Shown here piece after piece: positions 8,006-17,954 of a stretch of 38,037 nt of DNA. Each line of letters begins with the position of its first letter. Positions within the stretch are counted from its first letter, which is position 1. The stretch is from a virus (lineage: Duplodnaviria; Caudoviricetes). Made by a program: the position numbers and the translations under genes. The DNA is taken from the IMG/VR virus record IMGVR_UViG_3300031228_000018, positions 1-38,037 of that record; one strand, given 5' to 3'. The notes beneath the pieces were generated by a model. The model was given only the letters and a program-made list of their open reading frames with translations, did not search any database and was not told the origin of the DNA.

Positions 8006-10000
8006 ATGGCCCGCAAGAAGCCTTCTCCCGAGACAACCGAGACCGATGCCGATGACGTCATCCTCAAGGCCCGCAAGGCCTATGAGCGGTGCCGTGACTA
8101 CTGGAAGGAGAACCAGGCAGAAGCCGAGGACGATCTGCAGTTCGCCCGCATGGGTCGCCAGTGGCCGGAGAGGATCGAGCGCGAACGCGAGACCGCCGGT
8201 CGCCCCTGCCTCACCTTCAACAAGATGCCGTCGTTCATTCGCCAGGTCGTCAACGACGCGCGGCAGAACAAACCGTCGATCAAGGTCCACCCGCAGGACA
8301 GCACCGCCGACCCGCAGGTTGCGGAGATCATGAACGGCCTCATTCGCAACATCGAGACCGCTTCTGACGCTGATGTGGCTTACGACACGGCGGTTGAACA
8401 CGCGGTTGGGCAGGGCTTCGGCTTCTGGCGCATCGATACGGCCTATACGTGCGACGACACGTTCGAGCAGGACATCGTCATCAAGCGGGTGTCGAATCCG
8501 TTCACGATCTACGGCGATCCATCATCGACCGCGGGCGATACATCGGACTGGAACGTGGCCTTCGTCGCCACGACGATGACGCACGACGAGTTCGAGGCGG
8601 AATATCCCGAGGCCGAAAAGGTCGATTGGGCATTCGACTACAAGGATTGCCCGACTGGGCTGGGCGCCGAAAACGACACCGTCGTGGTTGCCGAATATTG
8701 GACGCGGGAGAAGGTCAAGGGCGAGATCGTCGCGCTGTCTGACGGTTCTGTGGTCAAGGTCGAGGATGTCGAGCGGCGCCAGGAAGAACTGGGCACGGCC
8801 GGCATTACCATCGTCGGCGAGCCGCGCGAGATCGAGACGTACAAGGTCACGCAGCGGGTTATCACCGGGGCCGAGGTGCTGAAGACGGTCGAATGGGCCG
8901 GGCGGTACATCCCGATCGTCGGGGTTTATGGCGACGAGGTGATCGACGAGAAAGGCCAGCGGCATTTTCGTTCGCTGATCCGCGATGCCAAGTCGGCGCA
9001 GCAAATGCTCAACTACTGGCGCACCACGACGACCGAGCTGGTGGCCTTGGCCCCCAAGGCGCCGTGGATCATGGAAGATGGCGCGATCGAGATCGACGCG
9101 GAAGAGGCCAGCAAGTGGAACACGGCCAACACCGATAACCACCCTTACCTGCTGTACAAGAAGGGCTCCAGCCTGCCTCAGCGCCAGCCGTTTGCAGGCG
9201 TGCCGGCCGGGGCATTGCAGGAAGCCCTCAACGCCGCCGACGACATGAAGTCGATCATCGGGATTTACGATGCCAGCCTGGGCGCCCGAAGCAACGAGAC
9301 TTCAGGTCGAGCGATCATGGCTCGCCAACGGGAAGGTGATGTTTCAACTTTCCATTTCATCGACAACCTATCGAGAGCTATCCGCCACTGCGGGAGAATA
9401 CTTCTGGACCTTATCCCCAAGGTCTACACTACCGCCCGCATGATCCGCGTGCTGGGCGAGGACATGCAGCCTTCGTCCGTTCCAACGGCGCCCCAGGGCG
9501 AGCCGGTCCCGCCCGACTTCGCCCGGTTCGAGCGGGTCTATGATTTGACGGCCGGCAAGTACGACCTCACCGTCAAGGCCGGGCCTTCGTACACCTCCAT
9601 GCGCGAGGAAAACCGCCTGATGATGACGGAGGCGATGCAGGCCGGTGGACCGGACGTTGCGGCGGTGTTGATGCCGCGCGTCGCCAAATTGATGGATTTG
9701 CCCGATGCGGACGAGATCGCGGCGGAGATTCAGCAACGCATCAACCCGCAGCAACAGGGTTTGCCGCCCGAGGCCGCACAGATGATGCAGGAGGGCATGG
9801 CGCGCATCCAGCAGCTCGAGGGCGAGAACCAGCAGCTCAAGGCCGCGCAGGCGGAGAAGCAGGCTGAGATCGCGTTGAAGTTCAAGGCGGCCGAGCAAAA
9901 GGACCGCGAGCTGGAGATCAAGGCATTTGAGGCTGATACGGCGCGCATCCAGGCGCAGCAGCCGACGTTCGTGCGCGCGCCATCGCAGCAGGCAATGTAA
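8006..10000 (+). CDS. Portal protein (P22 gp1-like)
   Basis: 664 aa after TerL; GRPCLTFNK, SNETSGRAIMARQ, C-terminal coiled-coil barrel. Confidence 0.93.
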   Translation: MARKKPSPETTETDADDVILKARKAYERCRDYWKENQAEAEDDLQFARMGRQWPERIERERETAGRPCLTFNKMPSFIRQVVNDARQNKPSIKVHPQDSTADPQVAEIMNGLIRNIETASDADVAYDTAVEHAVGQGFGFWRIDTAYTCDDTFEQDIVIKRVSNPFTIYGDPSSTAGDTSDWNVAFVATTMTHDEFEAEYPEAEKVDWAFDYKDCPTGLGAENDTVVVAEYWTREKVKGEIVALSDGSVVKVEDVERRQEELGTAGITIVGEPREIETYKVTQRVITGAEVLKTVEWAGRYIPIVGVYGDEVIDEKGQRHFRSLIRDAKSAQQMLNYWRTTTTELVALAPKAPWIMEDGAIEIDAEEASKWNTANTDNHPYLLYKKGSSLPQRQPFAGVPAGALQEALNAADDMKSIIGIYDASLGARSNETSGRAIMARQREGDVSTFHFIDNLSRAIRHCGRILLDLIPKVYTTARMIRVLGEDMQPSSVPTAPQGEPVPPDFARFERVYDLTAGKYDLTVKAGPSYTSMREENRLMMTEAMQAGGPDVAAVLMPRVAKLMDLPDADEIAAEIQQRINPQQQGLPPEAAQMMQEGMARIQQLEGENQQLKAAQAEKQAEIALKFKAAEQKDRELEIKAFEADTARIQAQQPTFVRAPSQQAM

Positions 10001-10033
10001 TCGCCGCCAAGCCATAAGGGCAGCGGCTTGAAG

Positions 10034-10048
10034 CGCGTCGTGAGACGC
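10034..10048 (+). promoter_or_regulatory. Leader hairpin CGCGTC-GTGA-GACGC, copy 1 (before scaffold gene)
   Basis: 15 nt identical to 10988-11002; 5-bp stem with a GNRA loop. Confidence 0.7.
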
Positions 10049-10071
10049 TAAATCCCAGAGAAGGAGCGATA

Positions 10072-10974
10072 ATGGACACCGACACGACCAACCTGGTCGA
10101 GGGTGGCGATACGTCTACGGACACCGCCGCCGCCGATACGGGAGTCGAACCTCAGGCCCCTGAGAGCACTGAACCTCAGTTCGATGACGACGGCAATCCG
10201 ATCGAGGAACCGGAAGAGGACGAAGAGGTCGAGCTTGACGAGGACCTGAAGCTCAAGGTTCCAAAGACGCAGGCGCAGAAGGTCAAGGAGGCCTTGCTGC
10301 GCCAGGCCGACTACACCCGCAAGACGCAGGAACTGGCGGAACAGCGCAAGGCATTGACGGCCGAGCATGAAACGCTGGTGAACACGTCCAATGCGGAGTT
10401 CACGGCCTTTGCCCGCGTGCAAACCATCGGCGAGCAGCTTCAGTCGTACCAGAAGGTAAACTGGGAAGCCGAGCTGGCCGCCGCGCAGGCGAACTATGAC
10501 GACGACCGCGAAAAATATATCAATCGCGAGTATATGAAATTCCAGCAGCTCAAGGACACCTACAACGGGTCTTTGGGCGAACTCTCCCGCCTCAGGAACG
10601 AACGTCTCTCCACCGCGCAGCAGGAAACCGCCAAGCGCATGGAGGAAGGGCGCGCCGTCCTGACCAAGGAGATCGGTTGGAACGACGACCTCAAGGCCAA
10701 GCTGTTGGGCTTTGCCGCGGAATTTGGCTTCAGTCGCGACGACCTCGACGACCTTGAAGCCGATCCCCGCGCCGCCAGGGTTCTCCATGCAGCCTATGAA
10801 GGTCTCGATGCCAAGCGAAAAGCAGCAGCGGCGAACAAGCACGTTCAGGACCAGCAGGTGACCCCCTCGGCCCAGGTGAAGGCGAACACTCCGCCTCCGC
10901 AAGGGCTTTCGGATCGCCTGTCGGCCGATGAATGGGTCAAGCGCCGCAACGACCAGCTCCGCAAGCGGGGCTGA
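10072..10974 (+). CDS. Scaffolding protein
   Basis: Acidic N-terminus, LRQADYTRKTQELAEQRK motif, located between portal and coat. Confidence 0.88.
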   Translation: MDTDTTNLVEGGDTSTDTAAADTGVEPQAPESTEPQFDDDGNPIEEPEEDEEVELDEDLKLKVPKTQAQKVKEALLRQADYTRKTQELAEQRKALTAEHETLVNTSNAEFTAFARVQTIGEQLQSYQKVNWEAELAAAQANYDDDREKYINREYMKFQQLKDTYNGSLGELSRLRNERLSTAQQETAKRMEEGRAVLTKEIGWNDDLKAKLLGFAAEFGFSRDDLDDLEADPRAARVLHAAYEGLDAKRKAAAANKHVQDQQVTPSAQVKANTPPPQGLSDRLSADEWVKRRNDQLRKRG

Positions 10975-10987
10975 ACAACCCCTGACC

Positions 10988-11002
10988 CGCGTCGTGAGAC
11001 GC
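10988..11002 (+). promoter_or_regulatory. Leader hairpin CGCGTC-GTGA-GACGC, copy 2 (before coat gene)
   Basis: Identical to 10034-10048. Confidence 0.7.
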
Positions 11003-11030
11003 CGGCCTTCCCCCAGATGGAACTTTCACC

Positions 11031-12260
11031 ATGGCTAATTCTCTCCTTACTCCCACGGCGGTGACGCGCGAAGCGCTCCGCATTCTCCACCAGAAGCTGA
11101 ACTTCATCGGCACCATCAACCGCCAGTATGACGACTCGTTCGCTCAATCCGGCGCGAAGATCGGCGATTCGCTGAAGATCCGGCTTCCCAACCAGTACAC
11201 CGTCCGCACCGGCAAGACCCTGGATGTCCAGGACACTGCCGAGTCGAGCGTCACGCTTCAGGTCGCCACCCAGAAAGGTGTGGACGTGAACTTCAGCTCG
11301 GCCGACCTCACCTTGAGCCTGGACGACTTCTCCAGTCGCATTCTCGATCCGGCAATGAGCGTGCTCGCCGCCAACGTCGAGAGCGATGCGATGTCCATGT
11401 ACAAGGACATCGCGAACGAGATTTCGGACGTTGGCGCCTCGGCGACTACCGCCCTGGTGCTGAAGGTCGCGAAACGGTTGACTGACAGCCTCGCCCCAAT
11501 TTCGGGGCGCTGCCTGAACCTCTCCACGACCGCCAATGCGGACCTGGTAGAGGCGCTGAAGGGCCTGTTCAACGATCCCGCCAAGCTCTCGAAAAACTAC
11601 CGCGAGGGCATGGTTGCCAACGACTTCCTGGGCTTTTCCCAGGTGTTTCAGAACACTCTCTGGCCGATCCACACCACCGGCACAGATGACGGCACAGGCG
11701 ACTACCTGACCGACATCGCGTCGGCGGAAGCGGACGGCTCGGCGGGTGAACTGAACATCGATACCGGCGCGGGCTCGTTCGAGGCTGGCGATGTCATCCA
11801 GATCGAGAGCATCTTCGACGTGCATCCCGAGACCAAGGCCTCAACCGGCGTGCTGAAGCGGTTCGTCGTGACCGCCGACGCTACTCCCGGTGCCAGCGGC
11901 GGTAGTATCTTCATCAGCCCGAGCATCGTCTCGTCCGGCGCCAAGCAGAACGTCAGCGCCGCCGCAGCCGATGGCAAGAAGATATGGAAGCGTGAGTCGG
12001 ACGATTCGACGGCGGTCGGCAACGCGGCCGACTACGGCATTTCCATGGGCTATCACAAGGACGCTTTCGCCTTCGCGACGGCCGATCTTGTCATGCCCAA
12101 GGGTGTCGATTTCTCGGCTCGCGAGGTGATCGACGGACTCTCGGTGCGCATCATCCGGGACTACGACATCAACAACGACAACCTGCCCTGCCGCATCGAC
12201 ATTCTGTACGGATACAAGACGCTCCGTGCGGACCTCGCTTGCCGCCTTGGCCTCAACTAA
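11031..12260 (+). CDS. Major capsid protein (P22 gp5-like coat)
   Basis: MANSLLT...GAKIGDSLKIRLP...YHKDAFAFATADL...CRIDILYG pattern. Confidence 0.93.
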   Translation: MANSLLTPTAVTREALRILHQKLNFIGTINRQYDDSFAQSGAKIGDSLKIRLPNQYTVRTGKTLDVQDTAESSVTLQVATQKGVDVNFSSADLTLSLDDFSSRILDPAMSVLAANVESDAMSMYKDIANEISDVGASATTALVLKVAKRLTDSLAPISGRCLNLSTTANADLVEALKGLFNDPAKLSKNYREGMVANDFLGFSQVFQNTLWPIHTTGTDDGTGDYLTDIASAEADGSAGELNIDTGAGSFEAGDVIQIESIFDVHPETKASTGVLKRFVVTADATPGASGGSIFISPSIVSSGAKQNVSAAAADGKKIWKRESDDSTAVGNAADYGISMGYHKDAFAFATADLVMPKGVDFSAREVIDGLSVRIIRDYDINNDNLPCRIDILYGYKTLRADLACRLGLN

Positions 12261-12263
12261 CTG

Positions 12264-12297
12264 AGGGGGGAGGGCTAGCACCTCCCCCTTCCTTATT
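12264..12297 (+). terminator. Rho-independent terminator after the coat gene
   Basis: GGGGGAGG/CCTCCCCC stem followed by TTCCTTATT. Confidence 0.65.
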
Positions 12298-12314
12298 CGG
12301 AAAGGACTACTCCA

Positions 12315-12533
12315 ATGGCAGTTGAATATCTCGGCACGGGCAACGACGACGGTGTGAACTTCGGGCGTGCCAGCACGGACAAGATCGGCTTTTACGGTCT
12401 TACCACTCCGATCGTGCGGCCGTTCGTCACGGTCGTCGGCACCACCACTGCGACCACGGCGCTCAATGAGACGAAGATAGCCCGCCTGACAGCGGCGCTG
12501 GAAGCGTTGGGCCTGATTGCGACGACTACCTGA
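12315..12533 (+). CDS. Small Thr-rich virion protein (putative capsid decoration)
   Basis: KIGFYGLTTP...GTTTATT...LEALGLIA; immediately after the coat gene. Confidence 0.65.
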   Translation: MAVEYLGTGNDDGVNFGRASTDKIGFYGLTTPIVRPFVTVVGTTTATTALNETKIARLTAALEALGLIATTT

Positions 12534-13808
12534 ATGTCGGCGCATTTCTATGATGAGGGACCGCCGGCAACGGGCCGCAAGGTCATGCTGGCGGTCCCCA
12601 CCTATGACGACCCCTCGGCTGCGCTCGCCTTCGCTCTGGCGCGCAGCCGAGAGGCTCTTCAGGTTCCGTCTTCCCTGCTGATTCTGGCTGGGAATTGTCA
12701 CGTTGACGACAGCAGGAACGCAATCGTTCGCGACTTCCTGGAAAGCGACTGCACCGAGCTGGTTTTTCTGGACGCGGACGTGTCGTTTGAACCTTCGGAC
12801 CTGGCGCAGCTTTGCTCGCGCGATGTGGATATCGTGGGGGGCGTCTATCCCTACCGCCGCGACGGGCAGGGCGAGACGATGCCGGTTCGGCTGATGTCCG
12901 GCGCAGAACCGGTGGGCGGGCTCAGGGAGGTTCTCGGCCTGCCGACCGGCTTCATGAAGATCAAGCGAAGCGTTTTCGAGAAGATGGCGCCGACAAGGCC
13001 GTGGTTCTACGCGCGGACCGACCCGACGATTCTGTTTTTCGACCGCCCTTGCCCAGGCGAAGACCATATACGCTGGGGCGGGGACATCGATTTTTGCAAC
13101 CGCTGGCGCGAGATGGGCGGCAAGCTCTACGCTGACGAGGAACTGAGGTTAGGGCATGTCGCCAAGACCATCGTTCGCGACAGCCTCGCCGCCAGTATCC
13201 GCCGGGCGACGGGGACGACGCTCAGGGATTTGATCCCGAAGTTCCGCGAGGGGGCGGAGACCGGGAACGACCTGGATGAGGTGTTCAAGTTCGCCGGCAG
13301 CCTCTACGCCGCCGACCCGTTCTCGCTTGCTCTGATGGTGGGGCTGGCGCGTAAATGCACCGGGCCGATCATCGAGACGGGCTCCGGCATGTCGTCTGTG
13401 CTGATGGCGGCGGTGACCGGGCAGCAGATTTATTCCCTGGAACATCTGGAACATTATGCCGGGCAGACGCACGGCTGGGCGAAGGATGCCGGGGTTTCCG
13501 GGCTCAATATCTGCTTTGCACCAGCCACGGACGAGCTTTGGTATGACGTGGAAAAGTTCGAACTCCCGAACAGGTTTTCGCTCGGTTTCTGCGACGGCCC
13601 ACCCCGGCTTTACGGCACGCGGATGCGGTTTTTCGAGACGTTCGGCGACCGATGCACGGTCATCGTTGCGGACGATGTGAAGTCCGACCTCGGTTACGCG
13701 CGCAAGGTCCAGGAATGGGCCGCCGCGAACGGGCGCAGCTTCACCATGTTGGGGCGCTGTGCGCTGCTGACCAAGCCCGAACCCCTCAAACTCGCAAAGG
13801 TGGCTTGA
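12534..13808 (+). CDS. GT-A glycosyltransferase-like domain fused to a class I SAM methyltransferase-like domain
   Basis: N-terminal VMLAVPTYD, SRNAIVRDFL, FLDAD (DxD), TGFMKIKRSVFE, GGDIDFC...LGH; C-terminal IIETGSGMSS, YSLEH, FCDGPP, IVADD. Confidence 0.8.
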   Translation: MSAHFYDEGPPATGRKVMLAVPTYDDPSAALAFALARSREALQVPSSLLILAGNCHVDDSRNAIVRDFLESDCTELVFLDADVSFEPSDLAQLCSRDVDIVGGVYPYRRDGQGETMPVRLMSGAEPVGGLREVLGLPTGFMKIKRSVFEKMAPTRPWFYARTDPTILFFDRPCPGEDHIRWGGDIDFCNRWREMGGKLYADEELRLGHVAKTIVRDSLAASIRRATGTTLRDLIPKFREGAETGNDLDEVFKFAGSLYAADPFSLALMVGLARKCTGPIIETGSGMSSVLMAAVTGQQIYSLEHLEHYAGQTHGWAKDAGVSGLNICFAPATDELWYDVEKFELPNRFSLGFCDGPPRLYGTRMRFFETFGDRCTVIVADDVKSDLGYARKVQEWAAANGRSFTMLGRCALLTKPEPLKLAKVA

Positions 13809-13809
13809 A

Positions 13810-14073
13810 ATGACCACAGAAAGCTCCCCAAGCTGGTGGCGGCGCGATGGCCTCGTCATGCGGTTCAAGCAACAGCCGCCCAAGGGCTGGGAACGGCTCG
13901 GGCCGGGCCATTACGACCGCTATACCGAGCAATGGGTTGATGAGCCGGCCGAAGACACGGACGAAGAGACGGAAGGCGACATCAAGGCCGCCCGCGCCGC
14001 CTATCAGGCCAAGTTCGGCAAGAAGCCCTATCACGGGTGGGACGCCGCGACCCTGCTTGAAAAGCTCGGCTGA
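13810..14073 (+). CDS. Small hypothetical protein
   Basis: C-terminal ARAAYQAKFGKKPYHGWDAATLLEKL motif, seen in small phage head-region proteins. Confidence 0.7.
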   Translation: MTTESSPSWWRRDGLVMRFKQQPPKGWERLGPGHYDRYTEQWVDEPAEDTDEETEGDIKAARAAYQAKFGKKPYHGWDAATLLEKLG

Positions 14074-14708
14074 TGGCCACCCTGACCGAAATGTACACCC
14101 GGATCATCCTCAACCTCGACCGGGACGACATGGGGTCCGGCGGGGCGATGGAACAGGCGAAGATCGACGCCGTGACGGACGCGATCGATCACTACAAGAC
14201 GGAGCAGTTCTGGTTCAACCGCGCATCGGGTTCCGGCGCGACCACGGCGAGCGATGCCACCCTGACGATGCCGTCGGGCGTCTATGTGCCCAAGTCCGTG
14301 GCGTACAGCGGCGAGACGCTCGAGCGCGTTCCGCTGGCTGAAATCGAATACCGGACCGAAACGGGCCTGCCCCACATGTGGGCGGAGAACGAGGAAACGA
14401 TCCAGCTCTGGCCGATCCCGGATGCCGCTTACACGATCTATGTGTACGGCACGGCGGACGTGGACGCTCCCGCTGCCGGGGCGGCGAACATCTGGACCAC
14501 CGAAGCTTATGCGCTGATCCTGGCGCGGGCGAAAAAGATACTGTGCCGGGATAGCTTGCGCGATACCGAGGGGGCGAGCCTTGCGCAGATCGCCGAGGAT
14601 GAGGCCCTGTCACGGCTGCGGCGCGAGACCATCCGGCGCGGGGCCTCCCGGCTCCACACCGAAGTCCCGCAGCGCTACCGGACGTTCAATATCAACCGTG
14701 GCTGGTAG
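14073..14708 (+). CDS. Head-to-tail adaptor protein
   Basis: Position, 211 aa length, IQLWPIPDAAYTI motif. Confidence 0.75.
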   Translation: MATLTEMYTRIILNLDRDDMGSGGAMEQAKIDAVTDAIDHYKTEQFWFNRASGSGATTASDATLTMPSGVYVPKSVAYSGETLERVPLAEIEYRTETGLPHMWAENEETIQLWPIPDAAYTIYVYGTADVDAPAAGAANIWTTEAYALILARAKKILCRDSLRDTEGASLAQIAEDEALSRLRRETIRRGASRLHTEVPQRYRTFNINRGW

Positions 14709-14710
14709 GT

Positions 14711-15442
14711 GTGCGCGACTTCTTTAAGCCGGCGGACGGCCCGTTCTGGCTGACCAGGGTTCTTGCATCGATCAGGAGCGCTTTGGGCGACGAATGGTTC
14801 GCCCCGCTGAAGGTCAAGCAATTCGCAACGTCCGAGCTGCCCAACGCCGCAAGCTATGTCGGCGCGATCGTTTACGACGAGACCGAGCAACAGTTCAAAT
14901 TCTCCAACGGCACGGCGTGGGTGTCGTTCCTCTCGTCTTCCGGTTCGACCGGGTATGAGAGCCACCTGATCGACATTGGCGACGAAACGACCGCGCTTAC
15001 TACAGGCATCAAGAAGACGTTCCGGATGCCTTATGCATTCGAGCTGGAGCACCCGGAAGGAACCCCGCTGATCGGGGTCAGGGCGTCTCTTACCACGGCG
15101 TCATCGTCGGGCGCGGTGACAATCGACGTGTTGAAGGGCGGCGTTTCGATCTTCTCCACCACCCTGACCATCGATGAGAGCGAGACCACGTCCGTTGACG
15201 CCGCGACTGCGGGGGTCATCGCCACCAGCACGCTGGCCGATGATGACGAGATGGACATCGAAATTCTCGGGGCGGGGACGAACGCGGCCGGCCTCAAGGT
15301 CTGGCTGATCGGGGCCAGGATTGGCGGGGATAGCTTCGGCATCCTCATGGAAGGCGACGAGAGCGACACGCCGAGCGACGTGGAAGCGCTCGAAGGGGAC
15401 ATGACCGATGGCGACGACACCTTGCTGCAGGAAGGCGCATAA
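14711..15442 (+). CDS. Tail-associated structural protein
   Basis: Beta-rich, S/T-rich protein (GAIVYDETEQQFKFSNGTAW; AGLKVWLIG) with an acidic C-terminus, in the tail module. Confidence 0.6.
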   Translation: MRDFFKPADGPFWLTRVLASIRSALGDEWFAPLKVKQFATSELPNAASYVGAIVYDETEQQFKFSNGTAWVSFLSSSGSTGYESHLIDIGDETTALTTGIKKTFRMPYAFELEHPEGTPLIGVRASLTTASSSGAVTIDVLKGGVSIFSTTLTIDESETTSVDAATAGVIATSTLADDDEMDIEILGAGTNAAGLKVWLIGARIGGDSFGILMEGDESDTPSDVEALEGDMTDGDDTLLQEGA

Positions 15443-16470
15443 TGGCGAATAAGGGACCAACAAGCCTGACCGCTGCGTCGGCGCTGGGCGGGACGGAACT
15501 CGGCCACTTCATCCAGGGCGGCAACTCCCGCAAGGTGACGGTAAACCAGGCCAAGACCTACATTCTCACGCCGTTCGCCGCGAACGGAATTGCCGTGCGG
15601 ACGGCGGCGGAGACCTTCTCCGCGCGGACCATCACCGGCACCGCTGCGGAGATCACCGTCGCGGATGGAAACGGGGTCTCGGGCAATCCAACACTCTCCC
15701 TGCCGGCCGCCCTGACCTTCACCGGGAAAACCGTCACCGGCGGAACATTCAACGGCTCTCAGGTTGACCAGATCGAGGTAGGCCACGCCTCGGATACCAC
15801 GTTAGCGCGTGCAAGCGCCGGCAATCTCTCCATCGAGGGGAACGTGATCTACCGGGCCGGGGGAACCGATGTTCCCTTGGCGGATGGGGGCACCGGGGCG
15901 AGCCTTGCCGACCCGGGCGCGGATCGGGTCATGTTCTGGGATGACAGCGCGGGGGTCGTGACGTGGCTTTCGCTCGACCCTGGCCTTGAAATCAGCGGGA
16001 CGACCCTGCGGACTGCTCGCGGGACGAGCTTCCCCGGGACTCCCGCCAGTGGAGACAGGTTCCTCAGGACCGACCGGAACATCGAATATTACTACGACGG
16101 CACACAATGGCTTTCGACAACGCAATACTCGTTTGAGCTTCGTAATACCGATGCGCTGATGCCATTCTCGGCCACCAATACCTATCGCGCCACCCACCCA
16201 TTCAATGACGATCACGATATCTACATCGAAAAGTTTTTCGGCAATTACTTCATCACCACGACGACCGCGTCCAATTATTTTGTTGCGACCTTTGCGGGTG
16301 TATCGTTGAGTTCGCAGGGGATCACGCAAAATACATGGACGAAGGTCTCGGGGGTCGCATCATACCTCATGGCGAAGGACCAGCCGTCTGCGATTGGGCC
16401 GGTCGTTACCGAAACCGGGACCTGTTCCGGTTATTGCTTGTTCGCGGCAACCTACCGGCTTGTCGGCTAG
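15442..16470 (+). CDS. Tail fibre / receptor-binding protein
   Basis: G/T/A-rich fibre segments (VPLADGGTGAS, ITVADGNGVSGNPT) and a compositionally distinct C-terminal domain. Confidence 0.75.
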   Translation: MANKGPTSLTAASALGGTELGHFIQGGNSRKVTVNQAKTYILTPFAANGIAVRTAAETFSARTITGTAAEITVADGNGVSGNPTLSLPAALTFTGKTVTGGTFNGSQVDQIEVGHASDTTLARASAGNLSIEGNVIYRAGGTDVPLADGGTGASLADPGADRVMFWDDSAGVVTWLSLDPGLEISGTTLRTARGTSFPGTPASGDRFLRTDRNIEYYYDGTQWLSTTQYSFELRNTDALMPFSATNTYRATHPFNDDHDIYIEKFFGNYFITTTTASNYFVATFAGVSLSSQGITQNTWTKVSGVASYLMAKDQPSAIGPVVTETGTCSGYCLFAATYRLVG

Positions 16471-16478
16471 TCCAGATA

Positions 16479-17954
16479 ATGCGCATCCCCTTCTCCCCGC
16501 CGCCCGGCATCAACAGCGACGACACCACCTTTGCGGCTGAGGGGCAGTGGGCGGACGGGAACAACGTCCGGTTCCGGCAGGGGAAGCCCGAGACCATCAA
16601 ATGGTGGGCCAAGCCGCAGTTCACCGGCGGCGGGGACATCACCCTGACCCTGACCGGGACGTGCCGCAAGATCATCGAGTGGCGCGACGGATCGACCACC
16701 CTCATAGGGTTCGGAACCACCACCAAGCTGCAGTCGTGGGATGGTTCGGGCGGGCTGGACGACATCACACCATCAGGCTTCACATCGGCGGATACGTGGT
16801 GCCTCGATACGTGGGGGACCGACCTTCTCGCCGCGCCTGGTTCAGGCACCCTGTACGTGTGGGCCGGAACCGGGCTGGCCACCGAAGTCACGCAGGCGCC
16901 GGATGTCATCATCCAGATGCTGGTCACAGAACAGCGCCAGGTCATGGCGCTCGGAACCAACGAGGAAAGCTCGGGCACCTTCAACCACCAGTGCATCCGC
17001 TGGTCCGACCTGGAAGATTACACCGACTGGACCACGACCTCCACGAACAATGCCGGCGAGCAGATTCTCGACACGCAGGGCGTCATCTATGCCGCGCGGA
17101 GGGTTGGACCCTACATCGCCGTGTGGACCTCGCTGGACCTGTGGCTGGGGGAATTTATCGGCGACCCGGCGCAGACCTACCGCTTCCAGAAGGTGGCGGG
17201 AGACTGCGGCATTCTCGGCCCTAACGCGGTGGAGGTGGTGGGGCAGACGGCCTATTGGACCGGGTTTGACAAGCGGTTCTATAGCTGGACGGTCGGGTCC
17301 GTTCCCCAGGCCATCCCCTGCCCGATCTGGAAGGATTTTCTCGACAACGCCGACAGCGCGGTCCCGTCCTATGACCTGTTCGCCTGTCAGATTCCGCAGC
17401 ATCAGGAGGTACGGTTCTTCTACCAGGACGAACGCGACGGGACCAGCGAGGTAAGCCGGCACGTCACCTACTGCGTCGGGGAATCGCTCTCCGCCCAGCG
17501 CCATGTCTGGTACAGGGGACAACTGGCTTTTTCGGCATGGCTCCCGGCCTCTGATCCACGGTTCTATGGCGGGATCATCGCGGTCGATACGTCCGACCGC
17601 CTGATGGCGCCCGAGAACGGCAACAACGCCAACGCCGCCGCGCCGACATGGTTCATTCAATCCGCTGACCAGTATATCGATGAAGGCGGGCGCGAGATGG
17701 AAATCCAGCGGATCGTCCCGGATTCCGAGGACCAGACCGGGAGCGTCAACCTCACCCTGTACGTGCGGCAGAGGCCCAAATCGTCCGCCACGACCAAGGG
17801 GCCGCATGTCCTCACCACGACGACGACGAAAAAGGACTTTCGCGCGTCGGGGAACCTCGTCTCCGTCAAGTTCGAGGATGCCGATGCAACGAACAGCTTC
17901 TGGCGCATGGGCAAGCCGGTTTTCACCGGAGTTGCGAAGGGCGCACGGGGGTGA
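16479..17954 (+). CDS. Tail hub/nozzle (packaged-DNA stabilization, gp10-like)
   Basis: WADGNNVRF, IRWSDLEDYTDW, CGILGPNA; beta-propeller-like, about 491 aa. ATG 16479 chosen over the upstream start that overlaps the fibre gene. Confidence 0.8.
   Translation: MRIPFSPPPGINSDDTTFAAEGQWADGNNVRFRQGKPETIKWWAKPQFTGGGDITLTLTGTCRKIIEWRDGSTTLIGFGTTTKLQSWDGSGGLDDITPSGFTSADTWCLDTWGTDLLAAPGSGTLYVWAGTGLATEVTQAPDVIIQMLVTEQRQVMALGTNEESSGTFNHQCIRWSDLEDYTDWTTTSTNNAGEQILDTQGVIYAARRVGPYIAVWTSLDLWLGEFIGDPAQTYRFQKVAGDCGILGPNAVEVVGQTAYWTGFDKRFYSWTVGSVPQAIPCPIWKDFLDNADSAVPSYDLFACQIPQHQEVRFFYQDERDGTSEVSRHVTYCVGESLSAQRHVWYRGQLAFSAWLPASDPRFYGGIIAVDTSDRLMAPENGNNANAAAPTWFIQSADQYIDEGGREMEIQRIVPDSEDQTGSVNLTLYVRQRPKSSATTKGPHVLTTTTTKKDFRASGNLVSVKFEDADATNSFWRMGKPVFTGVAKGARG

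Noticed and set aside
15442-16470. Diversity-generating retroelement acting on the tail fibre
   Set aside because: No reverse transcriptase and no template/variable repeat pair seen.
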